Shown: in pieces, positions 48,235 to 58,305 of the stretch | Position numbering within the stretch: position 1 is the stretch's first letter | Layout of the letters: every line of letters starts with the position of its first letter | NCBI GenBank assembly: GCA_963843145.1 | Contig: CAWJJC010000022.1 | Location: 438,006 to 502,005 of the forward strand | DNA: 64,000 nt | Direction: 5' to 3' | DNA from: an uncultured delta proteobacterium | Lineage (GTDB): Bacteria > Desulfobacterota > RBG-13-43-22 | Made by a program: the position numbers and the translations under genes | The notes under the pieces: model-generated | The model's database searches: none | Seen by the model: only the letters and a program-made list of their open reading frames with translations | Told to the model about the DNA's origin: nothing

Positions 48235-48499
48235 CTACTCAAAGCGCGTCCACATCCGGATGACCTTTACGGTCTTGATGTCTTCTAAATTCTGATAAAC
48301 CAGGCGGTGCTGGATGTTGATTCGCCGGGAATAGGAACCGGTGAGATCACCCTTGAGCTTTTCAAAGGGAGGAGGGTTCTGATAGGGGTCTTCCCCAAGG
48401 ATATCCAACAACCGGGAGGCTGCCGGTTTAAGTGCCTGAGTGGGCGATCTTCTTCGCGTCCTTTTGAGCCTGCTTGGTAAAAACCAGGCGCCAGCTCAC
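48235..48499 (-). CDS. Txe/YoeB family toxin, frameshift near 48433
   Basis: MSWRLVFTKQAQKDAKK then DPYQNPPPFEKLKGDL.G.YSRRINIQHRLVY...VKVIRMWT; GTG overlaps the antitoxin stop; missed by the ORF track. Confidence 0.88.
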
Positions 48500-48738
48500 C
48501 AACCCGGTTCCTCCGCACACTGATCGACAGGGGTCTTCAAGCCCTTCTTGATTGACTCGCGCATTCCCGGTATGGAAGTGAGATAGAGCGTCTCTTCAAT
48601 GGCCCGCCAATCTTCCTCGGAAACAAGAACCGCGGTACTTCTCTTGCCCACAATCTGAACCGGGACGTGACTTTCCTTCACTTCGTCAACCAAGTTGTAG
48701 AGCCGTTTCCTGGCTTCAGATGCCGATAATATTGTCAT
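48496..48738 (-). CDS. Phd/YefM family antitoxin
   Basis: ASEAR..LY.LVDEV, AVLVSEEDW.AIEETLYL.SIPGMRESI. Confidence 0.92.
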   Translation of the reverse strand: MTILSASEARKRLYNLVDEVKESHVPVQIVGKRSTAVLVSEEDWRAIEETLYLTSIPGMRESIKKGLKTPVDQCAEEPGW

Positions 48739-48814
48739 GCCGGGCGAACCTCCTAATCGTACCATTTATGGTACGGCACAGCGGGGGCAATGTCAAGTCA
48801 GTTTATGGCGAATC

Positions 48815-48854
48815 GCGGCGTTGACTCGTGGCCCGCAGCTTGCGGGGCCGGAAG
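48815..48854 (+). repeat. direct repeat copy 2 flanking yefM-yoeB
   Basis: gcggcgttgactcgtggcccgcagcttgcggggcc. Confidence 0.7.
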
Positions 48855-49004
48855 TCCTTGACCTCGGTGTCCAATGACCTGACCGAGCCTTTCCGCCGAG
48901 ATGCCTGAAAATGGCGGTGCGCTATTTGCCGAAATATAAGGATTATCCTAGGATCAAAAAAAGCTATTGACATCTGATGCAGTTTATTTAATCATCAAAA
49001 CATT

Positions 49005-49268
49005 ATGCGAACCACGGTAAATATTGACGATCGGATTCTAAAGGATTTGAAGAAGATTCAAAGGCAAGAGAGGCAATCCCTCGGACGATTGGTTTCCAAC
49101 CTCCTGGCCCAGGCCCTGGGGCAGCGTCAATCGGCCAAAAATTCGATCCAACCGACACGGTGGATTTCAAAACCCATGGGTGTTCGTGTTGATTTGGCGG
49201 ATCGTGAGGCTGTGTACCAGGCGATGGAACAAGGAACTTCCTCTGTCCGAAGTTCGAAAAAAACATGA
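49005..49268 (+). CDS. VapB-like antitoxin
   Basis: MRTTVNIDD.IL, SLG.LVS.LLA.AL. Confidence 0.85.
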   Translation: MRTTVNIDDRILKDLKKIQRQERQSLGRLVSNLLAQALGQRQSAKNSIQPTRWISKPMGVRVDLADREAVYQAMEQGTSSVRSSKKT

Positions 49269-49708
49269 GTTATGCCCTGGACGTCAACATCCTTCTTTAC
49301 GCCTCGGACACGAAAAGCCCCTTCTTCAATCAGGCCAAGACCTTTATCGGGCACTGTATTACGAAAAGAGATCTATTTTATCTGGGCTGGCCGACGGTTA
49401 TGGGTTACTTACGCATAGCCACGCATGCGGCGGTATTCGAACACCCGCTATTGCCGGAAGAAGCCATGGCCAATATAGAGACTCTCCTTAACCTCCCCCA
49501 TGTCCGCGTTCTATCCGAGGAGGAAGGTTTTTGGGAAATCTACCGCGAAGTGACGGCGGGGGTTCCCACCCGGGGGAACTTGGTGCCGGATTCACATTTA
49601 GTTGCTCTGCTCCGACAACATGGCGTTAAAACAATTTATACTCACGACCGAGACTTTCTTAAATTTCCATTTCTCGACGTAAGGGATCCTTTTAGCCGAT
49701 CAGCTTAG
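49265..49708 (+). CDS. VapC PIN-domain toxin
   Basis: LDVNILLYA, YLRIATH, GNLVPDSHL, THDRDF. Confidence 0.92.
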   Translation: MSYALDVNILLYASDTKSPFFNQAKTFIGHCITKRDLFYLGWPTVMGYLRIATHAAVFEHPLLPEEAMANIETLLNLPHVRVLSEEEGFWEIYREVTAGVPTRGNLVPDSHLVALLRQHGVKTIYTHDRDFLKFPFLDVRDPFSRSA

Positions 49709-51793
49709 AATAATGCTGGCGTCCAGGGCAATCGGTTCCCCTTTTACGATCAGCAAGGGATTGACGTCGATCTCCTGGATCGCCTCCACCCGGCAGGCCA
49801 ATTCCCCCAGACGGATCAACCAGTCGGCCAGGAGGTTCAGATCGACCGGGGTTATCCCGCGGAAACCCTCCAGCAGGGCCCGGCCCCGCAATTCCGAAAC
49901 CATTTGCTCCACTTCCAGCCGTGTAACCGGGACCAGTCGAAAGATCACATCCCGATAGACCTCGGCCCGGACGCCGCCCAGGCCCAGCATGACCGCCGGA
50001 CCGAACTGGGGATCCCGGACGACGCCGACGATCAATTCCAGGTCGCCTTTCAATTGCGGTTGAACGATAAAAGCCGTCGGCGGGTTAGGCCGGTCGGCCA
50101 TTTCCTCAAAAGCGCTTTGCAGCGCTTCCGGGGTGTAGAGATCCAGGCGGACCAAACCGGCCTCGGTCTTATGGACCAGGCCGGGCGACCGGCCCTTGAG
50201 AACCACCGGGTAGCCGAGGGTCCGGGCCGCTTGCCGGGCGGCTGAAAGGTCCTCGACGGGAATTTCCGTCACGGTGGCCAATCCCAGCTCCCGCAGCAAA
50301 TTCTTGGAATCCCTTTCATCCAGGACGGTTCCTCGGAACGCTTCCACTTTTCTTTTTATGGAGGGAAACACTTCGGCGTCCTCTTCGCGGGCCAGGACCG
50401 GAGCCGCTTCCCGGACTTTACTGAATTTGAAAATCCCGGCCAGGACCTTGACCACCCGCTGAATTTCATTGAAAACCGGAAAACCCCTTTTCTCGACCGA
50501 CAGGCGGGTGGGATGGAACCCTTTCTCGTGGCCCATGACCCAGAAGAGCACCGGCTTGCGGGTTTCCGGAAGATCGGCCAGTATTTTTTCCATGTCAAGG
50601 AACCAGACGCCGAACCCGGCGAAGAGATGCACAATGATTCCGTCCACCTCGGGGTCCTCCAGGAGTGCGGCCAGCCCTTCCCGGTAGGTGATCTCCGGGC
50701 CGTGTTTTTCCATGGCCGGCCAGAAATCCACCGGGTTGCTGACCGGCATCCAGGGCGGGGACAATGCTTCCAGCCGCTGTTTGGTTTGCGGGGCCAGATC
50801 GGCCAGCGTCAACCCGGAGGCTTCGAGGTGATCGGTGGTTACGATCCCGGCCGCCCCGCTGAAAGTAAAAACCGCCACCCGGGGTTTCCCTTCCTTCGGG
50901 CGAGACGTTTCAAAATCCATTTCCAGGGTCCGGGCCAGATCCACCAGCTCAAAAAAATCATCGGCCTGATAAACCCCGGCCTGGTCCAGGGCGCCTCGAA
51001 TCAGTTCAAAGTTTCCGGCCAGTGACGCCGTGTGGGAGGCGGCCGCTCGAGCCCCGGCAGCGCTTTTTCCCCCTTTGAGCACCACGATGGGCTTTTTCCT
51101 GCGGGCGGCCAGTTCGAAAAATCGCCGTCCCCGGGGAAAGGACTCGACGTACAGGGCAATGACCCGGGTGTCGTCATCCTCCAGAAAATACTCCAGCAGA
51201 TCGGTTTCATCCACGTCGCTTTTGTTGCCGATGGAACAGGCCTTGGCCAGGCGCAGGGTTTTGTGGCTCATGAGGGTGGTCATGAAGCCGCCGGCCAGCA
51301 AACCGCTTTGAACGATGAGCGACACGCCCCCGGGATTTAAGTTTTCTTCCCAGGCCTCGGGGGTGATGAAGGAAAAAACGTATCTTTTCCGGATGTCGAT
51401 CAGGCCCATGCAGTTGGGGCCCCAAAGCCGTATCCCGCCCCGGCGGGCGATCTCCAGGCAGCGTTCCTGCAGGGCGCGGCCTTCGGGGCCCACTTCGGCG
51501 AAACCGCCGGATTCGATGATGGCTCCCTTGACGCCCCGGGCCGCGCATTCCTCCAGGATCTGCGGAACTCCGGGGGCCGGGATAAAAATCAGGGCCAGCT
51601 CCACCGGGTTCGGGACCTCGGAAATCGAGGGATAACAGGTCAGCCCGAGAATCTCGGGATAGCGGGGGTTAACCGGATAAATCGGGCCGTCGTAGCCCAG
51701 GGTCAAGTTGCTGAGCAGGTTATACCCGCCGGTATGGATTTTAGGGGTGGCCCCGACCAGGGCAATCCCTTGGGGTTCAAAGAAAGATTTCAT
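49700..51793 (-). CDS. acetate/acyl--CoA ligase (ADP-forming), fused alpha-beta
   Basis: CoA-binding domain, GPNCMG, SHTASLAG, ATP-grasp HKTEAGLV, DPQFGP, EIDVNP. Confidence 0.92.
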   Translation of the reverse strand: MKSFFEPQGIALVGATPKIHTGGYNLLSNLTLGYDGPIYPVNPRYPEILGLTCYPSISEVPNPVELALIFIPAPGVPQILEECAARGVKGAIIESGGFAEVGPEGRALQERCLEIARRGGIRLWGPNCMGLIDIRKRYVFSFITPEAWEENLNPGGVSLIVQSGLLAGGFMTTLMSHKTLRLAKACSIGNKSDVDETDLLEYFLEDDDTRVIALYVESFPRGRRFFELAARRKKPIVVLKGGKSAAGARAAASHTASLAGNFELIRGALDQAGVYQADDFFELVDLARTLEMDFETSRPKEGKPRVAVFTFSGAAGIVTTDHLEASGLTLADLAPQTKQRLEALSPPWMPVSNPVDFWPAMEKHGPEITYREGLAALLEDPEVDGIIVHLFAGFGVWFLDMEKILADLPETRKPVLFWVMGHEKGFHPTRLSVEKRGFPVFNEIQRVVKVLAGIFKFSKVREAAPVLAREEDAEVFPSIKRKVEAFRGTVLDERDSKNLLRELGLATVTEIPVEDLSAARQAARTLGYPVVLKGRSPGLVHKTEAGLVRLDLYTPEALQSAFEEMADRPNPPTAFIVQPQLKGDLELIVGVVRDPQFGPAVMLGLGGVRAEVYRDVIFRLVPVTRLEVEQMVSELRGRALLEGFRGITPVDLNLLADWLIRLGELACRVEAIQEIDVNPLLIVKGEPIALDASIILS

Positions 51794-52417
51794 GAAAGGC
51801 CTTTCGCGATTCCTGATTTTGAAACAGACCTGGTATAGCATATCCGCAAAGACTTGAACAGCCTTTCCCGAGACCAGAAGTGGACCGCTCCCTCTTCATA
51901 TCGTTGAGCTTCTTCGAAAAGTTAGGCTGATCGGCGGCCAATTTTCTGGTGCGCGGGGAAAGGTGCCTTTCAAAAGTCTTGAATAAGATCGATTTTTATA
52001 GTAGGGTCGTATTTATTATGATCGGGTGGAATAGGAAATTACTCATTTATCAATCCTCTATCCAAAAACCAACCTTCCCAAGCCCTTCACTCATGTATTG
52101 GGGATTCGATATTTCCCCGCCTCTATTACCGAGACAATAATACTTTCATTTTCTCCTGAACGGCTTCGACAAATCCTAAAAACCGGAGGATCAGGAGATG
52201 TTGTCGGCGAGTCCTCGATCAATCCGCCTGCTGCGCGCATTGGATCGCCCAGCGCTACAGGACTTTCTTGAATCCGGTAAAGACCTTTCTGTGCGGAAAT
52301 GTCTCTTAAGTCGTTTTAGGGCCTTTCAGGCCTTTGCCGGCCAATAATTAAATCGTTGTGGCACGTATCTCGCGGTTAGAAGGCCCATCACTTCAATGAC
52401 CGAAGGGGGGGGCGCAT

Positions 52418-53674
52418 TTGGACAAGGGAAGGAACTCTTTTGAGCAAGACCGGGGGATTGGGTTGCTAAATCGATATTCGAAAGGAAGAATTCCGCCGTA
52501 TTTTTTTCGGCTCGTTGCAACCTTGTATTGGATAGGGCTTGTTTCAGTTATCTCTCTTTTCCGGAGTCGAAGCAAAAGTCCCGATTCCCAACTGGCAAAA
52601 GATTTCCCGTTTGAAGCCGGGTCTGCGGGTGATGGTTCAAGTAACCAGTCCAAACCCCATAACCTTGGCGGATTTGGCTTCCCTGGCCCAACTGGGTATG
52701 AATCCGGCCGATCGTGACCCCGGTCTGGTTGTAGGGCTGAGGCAGGCGATCTTCTCCGTTAACTTAAGACATTGGAAACCTAAAAACATCCCTTCCCACC
52801 TTCAGGCCAAGTTGCTGGCTCAATTTATTTTGAGCGGAATCTACCGGGTGAGTTTCAAGGTTGAGGAAAAAGGATATGAAGGACCCCTGACAATGGAAAT
52901 TACCACACCCAGGGACGGGTTTGGGCAGCAACTGCTTTATTCAGAGATATTGTCCGTCCCCAGGCACCCCATCGACTTCAAATGGATTCAGCCGGAAACC
53001 GTTGGTTTTGTATAGATTATCCGAAAATCCGGTATGGCGAAACGATAAGATTCCATTTTGCTTTTCGTTATCGAGTCGACCTGGCCTCCCTGCTGGAACA
53101 TGACCTGATGTTATTGGAACGGGATGAACCAGGTCCTATTCCTGAAGATATTCAACGTTTTTTGAACTCCGGTTATAAGATCGATACGCACATTCCCGAG
53201 GCCATCGAATGGGCTCAAGCCGAAAATCTTCCCGGCCCGGCCAATGTCCGCTCGGAGTATCTAAGAGTTAAGCACTATATTAATAAATCGATTCAATACG
53301 ACGATCGAAAAAAAGCCCGCTATTTCGGAGGGAAAGCCATCTACTTTAACCTGGATGCCATGTATCAGGACCTTCCGATTACGCTCGCTCAAAAATTAGG
53401 TGCCTGCCCCGACACCTCTGTTCTGGAATGCGCTTTCCTCAGGGCCAAAGGGATACCCTGCCGGACGGCTGGCCGCTTTGGCCATTTTCTGACGCACCTT
53501 TATGTCCCCGGCAGGGGGTGGTTTTCAACCTCCGTTCATCCTACGGGTATCCCTTTAATTGTGGCTCCCGGCCCGGACAACGTTTCCTATCAGAAATGGA
53601 GCCCGTCGATTGCTCTCAGAACCGTAACCCTGACCAGTAAGATCAGAATCGAATCCTTGGAGGAGCAGCCATGA
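52418..53674 (+). CDS. exported transglutaminase-like domain protein, two frameshifts (about 52560 and 52981); start uncertain
   Basis: ORFs 52418, 52539 and 52982 join at homopolymers; core GAC.D......AFLRAKGIPCR....GH...LYVPG.GW. Confidence 0.72.
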
Positions 53675-54729
53675 CCCAGGATCATTTAGTATTCGCCCCC
53701 TACCATCCGAATAAAGACGCTGAAATCCATCAACTATTTTCGGAATATTCATTTAAGGATTATCAAATCAGATTTATGGGAGCTTCGAAGGAGCGAATGG
53801 TGGAATATCTCATAAAGTCCCTTCACCAATCCGTCATTAAAACCATCTGTCTGAGCGATAGGAACCGACTGATCGGGTTTATCAGCATCAAACCACTTCC
53901 CTGGCTGAGCAGCCATTTTGGTTTCCGCATGTTTACCGTGACGCATCTTCTAGCCAGCGGGGAAGATCCTCTGGTGCAGGCCCGCCTATTGCGATATGTA
54001 ACGGAAGAATCACAGGATGTGGATTTTCTGGACTGTCGAGTCGCAGCCAACGACATCCATTCGGCCCACGCTCTAGAAATCTGCGGGTTCCGCTATGTGG
54101 GGACGGAAATCTATTTGGGAAAGACGATAAAAAGGAATGGTCCGGCACACCGCCCGGTATTTAAAGTTTCTGCCTTCCAGCAGGAATCAGATTTGGATCA
54201 GGTGCTGGAGATCGCCGGGCAAATACACCTTCATAACCGCTTCAGCTATGATCCATTTTTTAGGGAAGAAAACGCCAAGTCTGTTTATAAACGTCTGATG
54301 GCCAATTGTATTGACGACGATCAGTTTGTCGTTTTGGTTGCCCGGTCGTCGGCCAGGATAGAAGGGTTTATCGTCTCCAAGTTCAATCGATCCTTGAGCC
54401 GGGAATTGGGCTTCCTCTGCGCCAGTCTAGACTTTATCGGTGTCCGCGCGGAAATCCAAAACAGGGGATTGGGGCAGGCCCTCAATCTGGGAGCCTTGCG
54501 GCATCTGGCTCGAAAAAAGGTGGAATTCGTTGGAGTCAAGACCATGGCCAGTAACTACAGCGCCTTGATGGTCTGCAATAAGACCGGTTTCCAATTGACC
54601 TCGGCCAGCCTTCATTTTCACAAGTGGATTTATCGGCCCCAGATTACACCGACCGTTTCTCCGATTTTGTTGCCGTCTTTTGAGTCAATCAACAACAAAG
54701 TATTGTTTGGTGAAGGGGCTGCCATATAG
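53671..54729 (+). CDS. tandem GNAT acetyltransferase (WecD/RffC-like)
   Basis: NRFSYDPFF, IGV....QNRGLG, N.SAL.....GF. Confidence 0.75.
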   Translation: MTQDHLVFAPYHPNKDAEIHQLFSEYSFKDYQIRFMGASKERMVEYLIKSLHQSVIKTICLSDRNRLIGFISIKPLPWLSSHFGFRMFTVTHLLASGEDPLVQARLLRYVTEESQDVDFLDCRVAANDIHSAHALEICGFRYVGTEIYLGKTIKRNGPAHRPVFKVSAFQQESDLDQVLEIAGQIHLHNRFSYDPFFREENAKSVYKRLMANCIDDDQFVVLVARSSARIEGFIVSKFNRSLSRELGFLCASLDFIGVRAEIQNRGLGQALNLGALRHLARKKVEFVGVKTMASNYSALMVCNKTGFQLTSASLHFHKWIYRPQITPTVSPILLPSFESINNKVLFGEGAAI

Positions 54730-54767
54730 TGAAAAGCATATCCATAAACACCCAAAGGAGAAAAAAC

Positions 54768-55256
54768 ATGAACGAATTCGGTCAAAAGTCCAGACCCTGG
54801 GTTTCGGTCGCGATTTTACTGTTGTTCGGACTGGGGGTTTTCTCATCGGCGTCCACGGCGCAAACGTTATACAAAGGACACCTGGTTTACGTGCCCATCT
54901 ATTCCCATGTCTATTACGGCGATCGGGAACGGACCATCCTGCTGACCGGCATCCTGAGCGTCCGCAACACGGATCCAGGGCAAGCCATAACCCTTCTGCA
55001 GGTGGATTATTACGATACCGAGGGAAAGTTGCTCCAGAAGTATATAGCCCAACCGGTCCGCCTGGGTCCACTGGGTTCCACCCGGTTTATTGTGAAGTCC
55101 TCGGATACCGCCGGCGGGTCAGGGGCTAAATTTCTGGTGCGGTGGAAAGCGGAAATCCCGGTCAATGAACCGATCATAGAGGGGGTGATGATCGGCGCCT
55201 CCGGGCAACAGGGCATTTCCTTTACCTCCCGGGGAGTGGCGATTAAAGAAGAGTGA
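54768..55256 (+). CDS. DUF3124 family exported protein
   Basis: VYVPIYSHVY, LSVRNTD, DYYDTEG, GGSGA.F.V.W, QGISFTS. Confidence 0.88.
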   Translation: MNEFGQKSRPWVSVAILLLFGLGVFSSASTAQTLYKGHLVYVPIYSHVYYGDRERTILLTGILSVRNTDPGQAITLLQVDYYDTEGKLLQKYIAQPVRLGPLGSTRFIVKSSDTAGGSGAKFLVRWKAEIPVNEPIIEGVMIGASGQQGISFTSRGVAIKEE

Positions 55257-55458
55257 CCCTTTCCTGAGGAGCCATTGTTCAGGGTCGTTTCCAGGTATCG
55301 AGTCTTCCGGTGCCGGTGGCTGTTATAACGGATTCGGCCATCATTTTCGGGCTTTTCCTGAGAAAAACCCTTCCGGTCGCCGTGACAGCCATCGACAGAA
55401 GGAGAAATTCGTTTGACTCCGGTTTGACATTTTTGGAATTTTTAGTATTATAGAAATT

Positions 55459-55758
55459 ATGAGGAAATACTCTAATAAAGGGAAGGTATTCTGCCTGCTC
55501 TTATTCTCTCTATTTCTGATCGAGTATCTGGAGCCATCCGCCGTAGGGATACGGGCTTACGTTGATTTTCCTATGACCCAAGAAATTCCGGATTGGGAAA
55601 ATCCCCCTAGCACCCATGCCCTGGGTCTCAACGGCACTTTCGAACTCAACACGGAACTACTGGTGAGCTCGGTTATTTCTCTACCCATCATTCCTTCGCA
55701 AAAAACCGTTTTCTTCAAAATCTATCGACCTCCTCTTTCCAACCTTCAACCGCTTTAA
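55459..55758 (+). CDS. hypothetical protein
   Basis: Signal-like N-terminus, C-terminal IYRPP; ttgaca/tattat promoter-like sequence just upstream. Confidence 0.45.
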   Translation: MRKYSNKGKVFCLLLFSLFLIEYLEPSAVGIRAYVDFPMTQEIPDWENPPSTHALGLNGTFELNTELLVSSVISLPIIPSQKTVFFKIYRPPLSNLQPL

Positions 55759-55845
55759 TCCCTTTACCTTCTGTTTTCTTTGCAGACTTTCCGGTCCGAC
55801 CGCCTTGGCGATTCGGAACGGGTCCGGATTTTCCATTGGAGGGAT

Positions 55846-56049
55846 ATGCTGATGAAATTTTTCCACCTGATAGTTTTAATCGGGGCCACCTTGGCCCTGG
55901 GGATCGTAGAAATTCTTTCGGCCAAACTGCTGCTGGGAATGATGCCCAAAAGTCTGGTGGTCCTGATTTTGGCTGCCGTCGGGTTTGTCTTGGTCTGGGC
56001 GGTGATTCGAATCAACACCCCCAAACCAGTGGTGCGGGCTGAGGAGTGA
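55846..56049 (+). CDS. small two-TM membrane protein
   Basis: RBS ggagg, two hydrophobic helices. Confidence 0.55.
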   Translation: MLMKFFHLIVLIGATLALGIVEILSAKLLLGMMPKSLVVLILAAVGFVLVWAVIRINTPKPVVRAEE

Positions 56050-56127
56050 ACGTTTGCCTCAATGAATTGGTTGCCTTTTCTTAAACAAAAAGTTTTAATA
56101 AAGATATCTTCCAAGAGGTTCTCGTAA

Positions 56128-58140
56128 ATGGAAATCCCCCTTTTGACCGACATCGACATCATCCTGGGTCTCTCCATCGGGATACTGTTCGTATTCCTTC
56201 GGCTGCGGATGCCGGTCCTGATCGGCTTTTTTTTGACGGGCATCCTGGCCGGTCCTCACGGCCTGGGTCTGGTCAAAGCCGTTCATGAAGTGGAGGTGAT
56301 GGCCGAAATCGGGGTGGTCCTGCTGCTGTTTACCATCGGGATCGAGTTCTCCTTCAATCATCTGCTGCGAATTAAAAAGTCGGTTTTGTTGGGTGGAACG
56401 CTTCAGGTCTTGTTCACCACCCTGGCCACCTTTGCGGTGGCCCGCGGGTTGGGCCTAACGATCGGCCAATCCGTCTTCATGGGTTTTTTGCTTTCCCTGA
56501 GCAGTACCGCCATCGTCCTGAAACTGCTCCAGGAAAGGGCGGAAGTCGATTCCCCGCACGGTCGAACCACCCTCGGCATCCTGATTTTCCAGGATATCGT
56601 CATCGTTCCCATGATGCTCTTGACCCCCTTGCTGGGCGGCGGCGAGGGAAACCCGGGGCCCGCTGTCCTGCTCATGCTGTTAAAAGGAGCGGGAGTGATT
56701 GCCTTCGTTTTCCTGGCCACCAAATGGGCGGTGCCCTTTTTACTCTTCCATATTGTCGGGACCAAAAGTCGGGAGTTGTTTCTCTTCGGGATTCTCGGCA
56801 TCTGTATGGGGGTGGCCTGGCTCACCTCCAGCGTCGGGCTTTCGCTCTCTCTGGGGGCCTTTCTGGCCGGGTTGATCATCTCCGAATCGGAATACAACCA
56901 TCAGGCCTTGGGCAACGTCCTGCCCTTTAAAGATATCTTTTCCGGCTTTTTCTTTGTGTCCATCGGAATGCTGCTCGACGTGCGCTTTCTGCTTAACCAT
57001 TTTTTTTGGGTGGTCCTGCTGGTCGCTGCCATCATGGCGTCAAAAACCTTTTTGGCTGCCCTGGCCGCCGGGACCCTGGGGTTCCCGCTCCGCACCACCC
57101 TGCTGGTGGGCCTGGGGCTGTGCCAGGTGGGGGAGTTCTCCTTTGTTCTGGCGGAAATGGGAAGCCGGTTCGGGCTGCTGGCCGGCGACCACTACCAGTT
57201 GTTCCTGGCCGTATCCGTACTGACCATGGCGGCCACTCCTTTCCTGATCCCCCTGGCTCCCCGGATGGCGGATAGCTTCTTGAAGATTCCCGGTCTGGTC
57301 CGTTTCCAGAGCGGGATTTTGCCGGACAAAGGGATCCGGCTTCCTCCCCTGAACGATCATCTGCTCATCATCGGATTTGGGGTGAATGGCCGCAATCTGG
57401 CCCGGGCGGCCCGCGGAGGACAGATCCCCTACCTGATCCTGGAGATGAACCCGGAGACGGTCCGGGAAGAGCGGGACAAAGGGGAGCCGATTTTTTTCGG
57501 CGACGCCACCCAGGAACCGGTGTTGGAGACGGCTGGCCTGGAGCGGGCCCGGATCCTGGTGGTCGTGATCAACGATGCGGCGGCGGTGCGGCGGATCACT
57601 GAGACGGCCCGCCGGCTGAATCCCAAGATTTACTTGATCGTCCGGACCCGTTTCCTCCAGGAAGTAGAGGCCTTGTATGCCCTGGGGGCCGATGAAGTGA
57701 TCCCCGAAGAGTTCGAAACCGCCGTAGAGATCTTCACCCGCGTATTGAAGAAATACCTTTTCCCCAGGGAGCACATTGAAAAATTCACCGCCGATGTGCG
57801 TGCCGAGGGCTACCAGATGTTCCGTAAGCCGGAAGTGATCCCTCCCTCCTTGAGTGACCTGAGTCTCCTCATTCCGGATATGGAGGTAACCACCTTCCTC
57901 ATCAAAGAGGGTTACTGGGCGGATGGAAAGTCCCTGGCCGAGATGGCATTGAGGAAGAAATACGGGGTGACGGTGATGGCTGTGCGCCATCAGGGCCAAA
58001 CCAGGCCCAATCCGGACGGCGATGCCCGTCTGGCAGCCCGTGACCTGGTCGTGGTCATGGGAAACCCCGAGCGGCTGGTCGGCCTGGAAGACTTGTTGGA
58101 ACGAGGTCCTCAGACGACTCCCGGCGCAAAAGCGAAATAG
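56128..58140 (+). CDS. CPA2/Kef-type K+/H+ antiporter with TrkA-N and TrkA-C domains
   Basis: AEIGVVLLLFTIGIEFS, LSSTAIV, GILIFQD, QVGEFSF, GFGVNG, FGDAT. Confidence 0.93.
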   Translation: MEIPLLTDIDIILGLSIGILFVFLRLRMPVLIGFFLTGILAGPHGLGLVKAVHEVEVMAEIGVVLLLFTIGIEFSFNHLLRIKKSVLLGGTLQVLFTTLATFAVARGLGLTIGQSVFMGFLLSLSSTAIVLKLLQERAEVDSPHGRTTLGILIFQDIVIVPMMLLTPLLGGGEGNPGPAVLLMLLKGAGVIAFVFLATKWAVPFLLFHIVGTKSRELFLFGILGICMGVAWLTSSVGLSLSLGAFLAGLIISESEYNHQALGNVLPFKDIFSGFFFVSIGMLLDVRFLLNHFFWVVLLVAAIMASKTFLAALAAGTLGFPLRTTLLVGLGLCQVGEFSFVLAEMGSRFGLLAGDHYQLFLAVSVLTMAATPFLIPLAPRMADSFLKIPGLVRFQSGILPDKGIRLPPLNDHLLIIGFGVNGRNLARAARGGQIPYLILEMNPETVREERDKGEPIFFGDATQEPVLETAGLERARILVVVINDAAAVRRITETARRLNPKIYLIVRTRFLQEVEALYALGADEVIPEEFETAVEIFTRVLKKYLFPREHIEKFTADVRAEGYQMFRKPEVIPPSLSDLSLLIPDMEVTTFLIKEGYWADGKSLAEMALRKKYGVTVMAVRHQGQTRPNPDGDARLAARDLVVVMGNPERLVGLEDLLERGPQTTPGAKAK

Positions 58141-58147
58141 GGCTTCC

Positions 58148-58176
58148 TTGACAAATCCTCCCCTTTTTGCTATAAA
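58148..58176 (+). promoter_or_regulatory. sigma70 promoter of the glucosylglycerate cluster
   Basis: ttgaca-17 nt-tataaa with extended -10 TG. Confidence 0.6.
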
Positions 58177-58305
58177 TTGTATCACTCATCGATCGCGGTT
58201 GAATTCAAAATCCACCAACCCAATTAACAACCATAGAAACGGATGATGGGTCGCTATGGTTGCCGGCAGTCCTAAATCGATCCACTCAATATCCGAGGAG
58301 CTATC

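Noticed and set aside
52157-52280. Possible MITE with IS-like ends (cggcttcgacaaatcct...aggactttcttgaatccg)
   Set aside because: The inverted ends are too degenerate and there is no second copy in the window
57040-58185. 381-aa minus-strand ORF, and similar long antisense ORFs over glgX, the flavin oxidoreductase and the acyl-CoA dehydrogenase
   Set aside because: Antisense shadows typical of GC-rich coding DNA
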